From the NCBI GenBank assembly GCA_963693055.1, contig OY843751.1, forward strand, positions 5,248,001-5,312,000: DNA of 64,000 bases. The letters run 5' to 3'. The position numbers and the translations under genes were made by a program. Position 1 is the first letter of the stretch. Each line of letters begins with the position of its first letter. Under the pieces are notes generated by a model. It searched no databases, had not been told where the DNA came from, and was given only the letters and a program-made list of their open reading frames with translations. This stretch comes from a bacterium. Its GTDB lineage: Bacteria > Zhuqueibacterota > Zhuqueibacteria > Residuimicrobiales > Krinioviventaceae. Positions 19,238 to 27,333 of this stretch are shown here, one piece after another.

Positions 19238-22200
19238 ATGAGGATCAAATTTATATATCTACTATTGGGCATTTTGTTTTTGACTCAACTTCCATTGCAT
19301 GCCCAGTATTTTGGTAAAAATAAAGTCCAATATAAAGATTTTGAATGGTTTTATATACAATCTGAACATTTTGATGTTTATTTTACTGAAGGGGGTAACG
19401 GGGTTGCCTCTTATGTAGCGCAAACGGCTGAAAAAAGCTACCAAATGCTGCGTAAGGATTTCCGTTATGATCTTGTAGACCGTATTAAAATAATCGTATA
19501 TAACAGCCATAATGATTTTGGACAAACCAATGTAGACCTTAGCCCTTCTGAAGAATCAGTTGGTGGTTTTACAGAATTTTTTAAAAACCGTGTCGTTATT
19601 CCCTATGAAGGTGAATGGGAAAAATTTCGTCATGTAATTCATCACGAATTGACCCACGCAGTTATGCTGCAGATGGTATATGGTGCCGGTGCCCAGTCTA
19701 TTATTACCGGGCTTACACAAATGCAAATGCCCTTGTGGTTTATTGAAGGTCTTGCAGAATATGAAAGCCGCGGTTGGGACATTGAAAGTGACATGTTTAT
19801 GCGCGACGCCACCGTTAACGGCTATGTTCCCCCCGTAGAATACCTGTATGCGTTTATGGCTTATAAAGGCGGTCAATCAGTATTAAAATACATTGCTGAT
19901 CGCTACGGTGACGAAAAGATTGGTGAACTTTTGGGAAAAATTAAATTAACCAAAAGCATGCAAGGCGGATTAAAAGAGGCCATTGGCATTGATCAGGAAG
20001 AGCTGACCGAACGCTGGCATTTATACCTGAAACGGAAATACTGGCCCGATATTGCTGACCGTCAGGAGCCCGAAGAATTTGCCAAAGAATGGACCGATCA
20101 CGTAAAATCACGTAATTTTATCAATACCAGTCCCGCCATCAGCAACCGTGGTGACAAGGTTGTTTACATGTCTGACAGGGATGATTATTTTGACATTTTT
20201 CTGGCAAGCACAATTGATGAAAACCGTGAGAAAAAACTGGTACACGGGCAACGTGCCGGAAATTTGGAAGAATTGCACTGGCTCAAAGGACCAGCGTTTT
20301 CCTGGAGCCCCGATGACAAGAAAATTGTTTTCTCTGCCAAATCAGGCGCGCAAGATGCATTGCATATAGTAGATGTCAGATCCGGTGATATCGTTAAATC
20401 CTTGGAACTCGGATTTGATGGAATTTACAATCCTTCCTGGAGCCCCAAAGGTGATGAAATTGCCTTTATGGGTGTTAAAAAAGGACAAAGCGACATCTAT
20501 GCATATAACATCAAGGATAAAAAGACCCGACAGATTACAAATGATATTTTCAGCAATGTAGAACCCAGCTGGTCTCCCGATGGAAGTAAACTTTTATTTG
20601 CCAGTGACAGAGGAGAATATTTGAGTGAGTATCCGGAAGATTTGACACCGCATGATTTTGACATCAAAGATTACAACATTTATGAAATGAATGCAGATGG
20701 CTCCGATATCCAACTGGTTGCTTCAAGCCCGTTTATTGAACGCGTACCTATTTACGCTCCGGATGGAAAACACATTGCGTTTACCAGTGATAAATCAGGT
20801 GTAAATAATATTTATGCTATGGATCTTGAAACAGGTGAAGAATGGCCAATCACCAATGCCATTACCGGTGTTTTCTCACCCACATGGGGTGGAGAGGCCA
20901 ATCGATTAGCCTTTGCTTCTTTTTACAATGCCGGGTATGATATTTATATCATGAAAAACCCGCTGGATATCAAACCGGGTGATGTTGTTGTACAGGAAAC
21001 CCAGTATGTTAAAGAATTGCATGAAGAGAAAGAAACAGAATCTCCGGAAGATCTGATTACTGATATTGAAACCGGTGAAGACCTGGAAGAAAAAACCGCG
21101 CAAACCCAGGAATATCGAAATTTTATTTTCGATGAAGATTTTGCAGATGGTTTTATTTCACAGATTGAAGAAGAAAAAGTATTTCTGGATTCTGTTGAAT
21201 ACGCAGAACCCGATGGTGATTTTAAAGTCAATCCATACGAAATTGAATTCTCACCCGACCTGGTTTATGGCTCTGTAGGTTACAACCAGTTTTTTGGAAC
21301 ACAGGGATACACCACCATGATGTTCTCTGATGTTATGGGTGACCATCGCCTCAATATAGCTGCCAATCTGTTTGGCGATTTTCGTAATGCTGATTATCAG
21401 TTTACTTATCTCTATTTGCCAAATCGGCTGGATGTTGGCGCAAGCGCGTATCATAATGCCTACTTTTTCTGGTCATCTGGCACTGGTTGGATTAGAGATC
21501 GCTATTATGGTTTGAGCCTGTTCCTCAGCAATCCTTTTGATAGATACAGACGTATTACATTTGGAATGTCACTGAGTGGCATTAATCGAGAATATTTGGA
21601 CTGGCCGGATGAATATGCTGATGAGCTTATCCGATTGGGCTATTTATCACCCAGGAACCGTTACTTTGTATTAAATAATCTTTCTTATACCAAAGATACC
21701 ACGGTATGGGGATATACCGGTCCTTCAAATGGAACCCGATATTCTGCGGGTGTTACTTATAGCCCAAAACTAGGTGAAGATGGAATTGGCTTTACAACAT
21801 TGAGAACCGATTTTAGAAAATACTTTCGTGTTAAAAGAGATTATATTTTTGCCATACGCGGTTCCGGTGGTATGAGCATGGGTATGCATCCACAAAAATT
21901 CTTCCTTGGCGGACTGCCCAACTGGATCAATTATGATTACCAGGGCGGACTGCGAATTGAACATGTTGAAGACATTTACTTTGCATCATTTGAAATGCCG
22001 CTACGCGGCGCACAATATTATGAACTGGTGGGTAACCGTTATTTCTTAACTAATTTTGAATTCCGGTTCCCGCTAATTCGTCAAATTCTTATGGGCTTTC
22101 CATTACCCATCTATTTCAGCAATATAGGCGGCGCATTGTTTACCGACATTGGTTACGCCTGGGACAAGGGAAATCCTGATGGATTGAAACCTTTTGTTAA

Positions 22201-22369
22201 AGCTCCCAATGGTCTCGTAATGACCAAAGATGCTTTTGCAAGCTTTGGTTTTGGCGTTCGCCTCAACCTTGGCATCTTTTTGCTGAGGATGGATCTTGCC
22301 TGGCCCACCGACTTTTATCGCACCGAAGATAGTGCCTTTGTATTATGGTCACTCGGTGCGGATTTGTAG
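19238..22369 (+). CDS. Peptidase MA-like / TolB-like (PD40) propeller / Omp85 beta-barrel fusion protein
   Basis: ATG 19238 after AAGGAG; signal peptide; HELTH plus WFIEGLAEY zincin motifs; repeated P.WSPDG; C-terminal LRG..Y, NFEFRFP, FTDIG, GFGVR, RMDLAW. Confidence 0.85.
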   Translation: MRIKFIYLLLGILFLTQLPLHAQYFGKNKVQYKDFEWFYIQSEHFDVYFTEGGNGVASYVAQTAEKSYQMLRKDFRYDLVDRIKIIVYNSHNDFGQTNVDLSPSEESVGGFTEFFKNRVVIPYEGEWEKFRHVIHHELTHAVMLQMVYGAGAQSIITGLTQMQMPLWFIEGLAEYESRGWDIESDMFMRDATVNGYVPPVEYLYAFMAYKGGQSVLKYIADRYGDEKIGELLGKIKLTKSMQGGLKEAIGIDQEELTERWHLYLKRKYWPDIADRQEPEEFAKEWTDHVKSRNFINTSPAISNRGDKVVYMSDRDDYFDIFLASTIDENREKKLVHGQRAGNLEELHWLKGPAFSWSPDDKKIVFSAKSGAQDALHIVDVRSGDIVKSLELGFDGIYNPSWSPKGDEIAFMGVKKGQSDIYAYNIKDKKTRQITNDIFSNVEPSWSPDGSKLLFASDRGEYLSEYPEDLTPHDFDIKDYNIYEMNADGSDIQLVASSPFIERVPIYAPDGKHIAFTSDKSGVNNIYAMDLETGEEWPITNAITGVFSPTWGGEANRLAFASFYNAGYDIYIMKNPLDIKPGDVVVQETQYVKELHEEKETESPEDLITDIETGEDLEEKTAQTQEYRNFIFDEDFADGFISQIEEEKVFLDSVEYAEPDGDFKVNPYEIEFSPDLVYGSVGYNQFFGTQGYTTMMFSDVMGDHRLNIAANLFGDFRNADYQFTYLYLPNRLDVGASAYHNAYFFWSSGTGWIRDRYYGLSLFLSNPFDRYRRITFGMSLSGINREYLDWPDEYADELIRLGYLSPRNRYFVLNNLSYTKDTTVWGYTGPSNGTRYSAGVTYSPKLGEDGIGFTTLRTDFRKYFRVKRDYIFAIRGSGGMSMGMHPQKFFLGGLPNWINYDYQGGLRIEHVEDIYFASFEMPLRGAQYYELVGNRYFLTNFEFRFPLIRQILMGFPLPIYFSNIGGALFTDIGYAWDKGNPDGLKPFVKAPNGLVMTKDAFASFGFGVRLNLGIFLLRMDLAWPTDFYRTEDSAFVLWSLGADL

Positions 22370-22386
22370 AAAAGAAAGGAGCACGA

Positions 22387-24234
22387 TTGTCGGAAAAGAC
22401 ACCGTTTTTAACTAAACTTGAAGACTCTATATTAATTGGCGACGGTGCCATGGGGACCATGATCTATTCCCATGGCATTTTTATCAACCGATGTTTTGAC
22501 GAGCTCAACTTGTCAGCACCAGATATTATATCAGAGATACACCGTCAATATGTAAACGCACACGCGGATATTTTAGAAACCAATACTTTTGGGGCGAATG
22601 AATTCAAACTGCGTCCACATGGTTTTGAAGGCCAGGTATATGAGATCAACAAAAGAGGCGCAGAGCTTGCTCGTGAAGCAGCAGATAATAAACTCTATGT
22701 TGCGGGTTCCCTTGGCACCCTGGGCATTCCCCTCAAACCTTTGGGTAACGCAGACAAAGAACAGGCGGAGAATGCATTCAAAAGACAGGTAGAAGGGCTG
22801 TTGGCAGGCGGTGTTGACCTTTTTATACTTGAAACCTTTCAAGACCTGGAAGAATTGACCATAGCGCTTCGTGCTGTCAAAGCATTAAGTGATTTACCAA
22901 TCATTGCACAGGCAACCTTTGATGAACACAGTCGCACTCCTCTGGGCGCATCTCCCGATGTTCTGGTTCAAATTGCAAAAGACGAAGGTGCAGATGTTGT
23001 TGGTGCCAACTGTTCTGTTGGGCCACAACCCATGCAGCGTGTCATTGATCAGTTCCATGCAGCCGGAGCGAAATACATTTCCGCCATGCCTAACGCGGGA
23101 AATCCCAGAATGCATGAAGGCAGATTTCTCTACATGTCTACTCCGGAATATCATGCCGAGTTTGCCAAGCGCTTTATAGAATCAGGAGCCAACATTGTTG
23201 GTGGCTGCTGCGGTACAACTCCGGAACATATCAAAGCTATTGCAAATGCGGTAAGGGCATTACAGCCGCAAAAAAATGTTTCCTCAATGGTAACCCGTGT
23301 AAAAAAAGAAGTAAATGTGGTAGAAATTCCTACCAGAGAAAAATCTACTCTGGCTAAAACTATGCAGGAGAAATTCAGCGTTTCAGTTGAAGTCTTGTCT
23401 CCCAGAGGTGTCAGCACAGAAGGCGTATTAAAAGGAGTAAAAAAACTGGTAGACTTTGGTGTAGACGCTATCAATATTCCGGATGGCCCCCGTGCTTCTG
23501 CACGAATGTCTCCCCTGGCAATGGCGTTGATCATTGAAAGAGAGCTTGAGGTAGATACAATATTACATTATTGCTGTCGTGATCGCAACCTGCTGGGAAT
23601 GCAGTCTGATCTTTTGGGTGCATACGCAATGGGACTCCGTAACGTGCTCGTGATCACCGGTGATCCCCCCAAGCTGGGTGATTACCCCGATGCTACAGCA
23701 GTATTTGATGTGGATTCTATTGGACTGACCCGCGTTGTAAAAGGATTAAACCAGGGAATTGACATTGCGGGAAATGCAATTGGCTCACCAACCGGATGGC
23801 ATATTGGTGTCGGTGCAGACCCCGGTGCCATTGATCTTGATCATGAAATTGAGAGGCTGCATCAAAAAGTTGAAAGCGGCGCCGAGTATATTCTTACACA
23901 ACCGGTGTTTGACATTCAAAAGCTGGAAGCTTTTTTGAAACGAACCGAATCGATAAAGCTGCCTATTATGGCCGGGATAATGCCGCTTATTACATACAGG
24001 ACTATAGAGTTCCTCAACAATGAAGTCCCCGGCGTGTTTGTACCTGATAGCATTGCAAATATTATGGCAAAAGCCAAAGATCAGGAAGAAGCCAAAGTGC
24101 TGGGTATTGAAATAGCTCAACAGGCGATTCTTACAGTTAAAAAGATGGACAGGATCCATGGTATTTATTTGATGCCGCCTTTTACCAAAGACAAATATGC
24201 TACCGCAATTAACGTTCTCGAGGTTTTGAAATAA
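22387..24234 (+). CDS. yitJ: Bifunctional homocysteine S-methyltransferase / methylenetetrahydrofolate reductase (YitJ-like)
   Basis: DGAMGT, ETNTFGAN, GANC and GGCCGTTPEHI in the N-half; CRDRN, ITGDPP and TQPVFD in the MTHFR half. TTG start after AAGGAG. Confidence 0.9.
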   Translation: MSEKTPFLTKLEDSILIGDGAMGTMIYSHGIFINRCFDELNLSAPDIISEIHRQYVNAHADILETNTFGANEFKLRPHGFEGQVYEINKRGAELAREAADNKLYVAGSLGTLGIPLKPLGNADKEQAENAFKRQVEGLLAGGVDLFILETFQDLEELTIALRAVKALSDLPIIAQATFDEHSRTPLGASPDVLVQIAKDEGADVVGANCSVGPQPMQRVIDQFHAAGAKYISAMPNAGNPRMHEGRFLYMSTPEYHAEFAKRFIESGANIVGGCCGTTPEHIKAIANAVRALQPQKNVSSMVTRVKKEVNVVEIPTREKSTLAKTMQEKFSVSVEVLSPRGVSTEGVLKGVKKLVDFGVDAINIPDGPRASARMSPLAMALIIERELEVDTILHYCCRDRNLLGMQSDLLGAYAMGLRNVLVITGDPPKLGDYPDATAVFDVDSIGLTRVVKGLNQGIDIAGNAIGSPTGWHIGVGADPGAIDLDHEIERLHQKVESGAEYILTQPVFDIQKLEAFLKRTESIKLPIMAGIMPLITYRTIEFLNNEVPGVFVPDSIANIMAKAKDQEEAKVLGIEIAQQAILTVKKMDRIHGIYLMPPFTKDKYATAINVLEVLK

Positions 24235-24243
24235 ACATCATTG

Positions 24244-24270
24244 GGAACCTTGTTTAACAATAAATTGTAT
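24244..24270 (+). promoter_or_regulatory. Putative ECF promoter upstream of the GWxTD gene
   Basis: GGAAC-N18-GTAT. Confidence 0.35.
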
Positions 24271-24320
24271 CATATATAGCAATATAATAATTTGACTCAA
24301 GAATAAATCAGGCAAAACCC

Positions 24321-25607
24321 ATGAAAAAAATGAACAGAAATTTGAAAATATCTTTGACTGTTTTTCTGCTATTCTGTTTCACAGCACCATTGTTCCCACA
24401 GGGATTTGGAGGCGGACAGGGTAGGTTTGGTATGCGCAATCAGTTCGGTAGTTTGTTGTTCCAGCATGCGGTTTACAATTTCAAAGACGGTAAAAACAGT
24501 TTGCTGGATTTTCATTATTCTTTTGTCAACGATTTACTGACATTTATCAAAACGGATGATGATCAATATAAAGCCCGTTATGAACTTAGCTTGGTGATAT
24601 ATGATGCGGACAAAAGAGCGGTAACAGAACAGTCTGCCAGTGACGAGGTAATTGTCCCCTATTTTGCAGATACCAACTCGCGTAGAAATCCTATCATGGG
24701 AAATTTACAGGTATCTTTACCACCGGGAGACTATTATTACAAAGTCACCATTATTGAAAATGACGTTCCTTCACTGCTGGTACCCGAGACACGAATCCGG
24801 CTGCGTAAATTTACAGATGGTCGCCTGCATGCCAGTGATGTTGTATTTGCAGACAAACTCGAAACCGGTTCTCTTCCGTATGCATTTGAACCAAACATCA
24901 ACCTGGCTTTTTCTGAATTGAACTCTGCTTTTGCAGCATTCTTTTATATTTATCCCAACGCGAACAAGGAAGCGATTCAGTTGTCGTACCAGATACATAA
25001 TGACAATGGCTACAAAGTCAAAAGTCTGGACACAACACTGGTAGCTCAGGATGACATTATTCCTTATGTTATCAATTTCAAAGGAATGATCACCAAACCC
25101 GATCTTTATGAAATAGAAATACAAGCCAGTTCCGGTGAACAAAACTTCAAAACCCAGAAACACTTTACTGTACAATGGGGCAAAGTACCCATGCAGGAAA
25201 ACAATGTTGACCTTGCTATTGAACAGCTTAAAATTGTTGCAAACCGTAAAACAATTGAAAAGCTGAATGATGCAGATGAAAATAAAAAGCAAGAGTTGTT
25301 TGACAGGTTCTGGGACGAACGTGACCCTACTCCTGAAACTCCGGAAAACGAGTTAAAAGAAGAATTTCTTGCAAGGGTCAATTTTTGCAACCAGAATTTT
25401 ATTGAAAGCTATCCTGGCAAAGGCGGTTGGAGTACAGACCGTGGACGTGTATATATCAAATACGGCCCTCCAACACAGGTTGAACGTCAGCAAGCTTCCA
25501 TCAATACTCCGGGAGTAGAAGTTTGGTACTATGCAATCATTGACCGAAGCTATGTTTTTACAGATCGGGATAATAACGGTACGTATCGCTTGATTAAAAT
25601 AGAATAA
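24321..25607 (+). CDS. GWxTD domain-containing exported protein
   Basis: Signal peptide; FWDERDPTPETPENE...GWSTDRGRVYIKYGPP...EVWYY. Confidence 0.9.
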   Translation: MKKMNRNLKISLTVFLLFCFTAPLFPQGFGGGQGRFGMRNQFGSLLFQHAVYNFKDGKNSLLDFHYSFVNDLLTFIKTDDDQYKARYELSLVIYDADKRAVTEQSASDEVIVPYFADTNSRRNPIMGNLQVSLPPGDYYYKVTIIENDVPSLLVPETRIRLRKFTDGRLHASDVVFADKLETGSLPYAFEPNINLAFSELNSAFAAFFYIYPNANKEAIQLSYQIHNDNGYKVKSLDTTLVAQDDIIPYVINFKGMITKPDLYEIEIQASSGEQNFKTQKHFTVQWGKVPMQENNVDLAIEQLKIVANRKTIEKLNDADENKKQELFDRFWDERDPTPETPENELKEEFLARVNFCNQNFIESYPGKGGWSTDRGRVYIKYGPPTQVERQQASINTPGVEVWYYAIIDRSYVFTDRDNNGTYRLIKIE

Positions 25608-25615
25608 TCGCAGTG

Positions 25616-25658
25616 TGCCCCTGATTGCATGCAACTGCAAGTATTCAGGGGCAGTTTT
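25616..25658 (+). terminator. Probable terminator hairpin
   Basis: TGCCCCTGA...TCAGGGGCA followed by GTTTT. Confidence 0.55.
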
Positions 25659-25710
25659 CCAATAATCATCCTCATTATCACCTTTTCAAGCAATCGCCTT
25701 AAAGCACACA

Positions 25711-25766
25711 TTAACAACACCTTAACACAAGCACAACACTTTCTTCATCTTTGGTACGGCTTTTGT
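25711..25766 (+). promoter_or_regulatory. 11-bp-phased TTAACA direct repeats plus a sigma54-like motif
   Basis: TTAACA at 25711 and 25722, ACAACA at 25733; TGGTACGGCTTTTGT at 25752-25766. Confidence 0.4.
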
Positions 25767-25803
25767 ATTAGTAAGATATGAATAACAAATACAGGAGCTG
25801 AAA

Positions 25804-26463
25804 TTGAAAGCTGACTTACATACACATTCTATCTATTCTCATGATTCCATTGCAAGACCGGAATCCATCCTTGCAGCCGCTGCCGACCGTGGAATCAGTG
25901 TCCTGGCTATTACCGATCACGATACCACTGCCGGATGGCAGGCATTCACAGACATTGCACACCAATTCCCTGTTCAGCTTGTATACGGACAGGAAATTAA
26001 AATATATTACAACAAACGCTGTATGGGTGAAATTCTGGGACTCTTTTTGGAACAACCGGTAAAAAGCCATGATGTTGCGGGCGTTTTGCAGGAGATACGC
26101 AAACAGAATGGCATTGCTTCAATTGCACATCCGTTTTCCGAAAGACGTCACGAATTTCTGGCCTACACTGAGATCGATTCCTGGGAAAACCTGGCTATCG
26201 AATCCCGTAACGGACGTACCTATAAACAGCGTGAAAATGAAATGGCTGCCGGACTCGCGGAACGCTTGAACACACCCATCACAGCAGGCAGCGATGCACA
26301 TACCCCCTTTGAAGTGGGAAACGTTTATACCGAATTTATGGGCAAAAACACTGAGGATCTAAAAAAAGCCATTCTCAACCGGGAAACTATAGCAGGCGGT
26401 CACCCTTCCAGCGCACTATTTTCCGTTATCTCCGGCTTTGGCAGACTCGGGATTGCGGTATAA
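25804..26463 (+). CDS. PHP-domain phosphoesterase
   Basis: DLHTHSIYSHD, AITDHD, AHPF, GSDAH. Confidence 0.9.
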   Translation: MKADLHTHSIYSHDSIARPESILAAAADRGISVLAITDHDTTAGWQAFTDIAHQFPVQLVYGQEIKIYYNKRCMGEILGLFLEQPVKSHDVAGVLQEIRKQNGIASIAHPFSERRHEFLAYTEIDSWENLAIESRNGRTYKQRENEMAAGLAERLNTPITAGSDAHTPFEVGNVYTEFMGKNTEDLKKAILNRETIAGGHPSSALFSVISGFGRLGIAV

Positions 26464-27065
26464 TGCGCGAAACACTTAAAACTCTATCCACACCGGCCAA
26501 TCTGGTCACATTTACCCGAATCATCATGCTCGTTGCGCTTGTGTTTGCGCTCCAGTTCAATGAACAATGGATACGGATAGCGGCCTTTGCATTGATACCG
26601 GTGATCTTTTACATGGACAGCCTGGACGGAATGCTGGCGCGCAAGTTGAATTGCGCCACAAAGGTGGGCGGCATTCTGGACATTGCCGGGGACCGCATTG
26701 TTGAAAACGTGTTGTGGGTATTACTGGCTTATTTGGATATCATCCCCTTGTGGATTCCCATTGTTATTCTGGTGCGGGGATTCATTACGGATGCGTTCCG
26801 CAGCGCCGCCATTTCTAAAGGTCATTCAACCTTTTCCATGATGGATTCCAAAATCGGTTGGTGGTTTGTGGCCTCTCCCCTCAGTCGTACGACCTATGCT
26901 GTTGCCAAAGCTATCCTTTTTACCATTGGTATTGGTATTTGGAGCTTTCATCTCGCTCAATTCAACTGGCTCATGGTCTCGTTTAACAGCCTGCTCTATT
27001 TCACCGTTATTCTTTGCCTGTTACGGGGATTCTATGCGGTACGGGCGTGTTTAAAGTCTATCTAG
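26463..27065 (+). CDS. CDP-alcohol phosphatidyltransferase family protein
   Basis: ANLVTFTRI; D.LDG.LAR......G..LD..GD signature; TAATG overlap with the PHP gene. Confidence 0.9.
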   Translation: MRETLKTLSTPANLVTFTRIIMLVALVFALQFNEQWIRIAAFALIPVIFYMDSLDGMLARKLNCATKVGGILDIAGDRIVENVLWVLLAYLDIIPLWIPIVILVRGFITDAFRSAAISKGHSTFSMMDSKIGWWFVASPLSRTTYAVAKAILFTIGIGIWSFHLAQFNWLMVSFNSLLYFTVILCLLRGFYAVRACLKSI

Positions 27066-27094
27066 TTATCAGTATTCAGTCATCAGCTCTCAGT
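27064..27094 (+). repeat. Heptamer tandem repeat (AGTNNTC)n
   Basis: agttatc agtattc agtcatc agctctc agt. Confidence 0.8.
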
Positions 27095-27148
27095 ATAAAT
27101 GAAACATTTACTGTATTCATTTAAAAGCTAAATCGCATAGCACAAAGT

Positions 27149-27209
27149 CGGTCCCAGAGTTCGAACGAGGCCACCTACTGGTGGACGAACGAGAGTATCG
27201 AAGGGACCG
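27149..27209. repeat. REP-like hairpin element CGGTCCC...TCGAAGGGACCG
   Basis: 7-bp terminal inverted repeat and inner CCACC/GGTGG hairpin; a related inverted copy lies at 37688-37737. Confidence 0.65.
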
Positions 27210-27213
27210 CTTT

Positions 27214-27241
27214 TCGTTCCAAGGCCGGTGCCTTGGAACGA
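27214..27241. repeat. REP-like palindrome
   Basis: TCGTTCCAAGGC-cggt-GCCTTGGAACGA, perfect 12-bp arms. Confidence 0.75.
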
Positions 27242-27297
27242 GTATAAATTCTCTGTCACGATCATTTGTTAATTCCAGAGATAATCATTTCTAATTA

Positions 27298-27320
27298 TTG
27301 AATACTGACAACTGATAACT
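27298..27320 (-). repeat. Heptamer tandem repeat (AGTNNTC)n, minus strand
   Basis: Minus strand reads agttatc agttgtc agtattc aa. Confidence 0.75.
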
Positions 27321-27333
27321 ACCTACCCAAACC

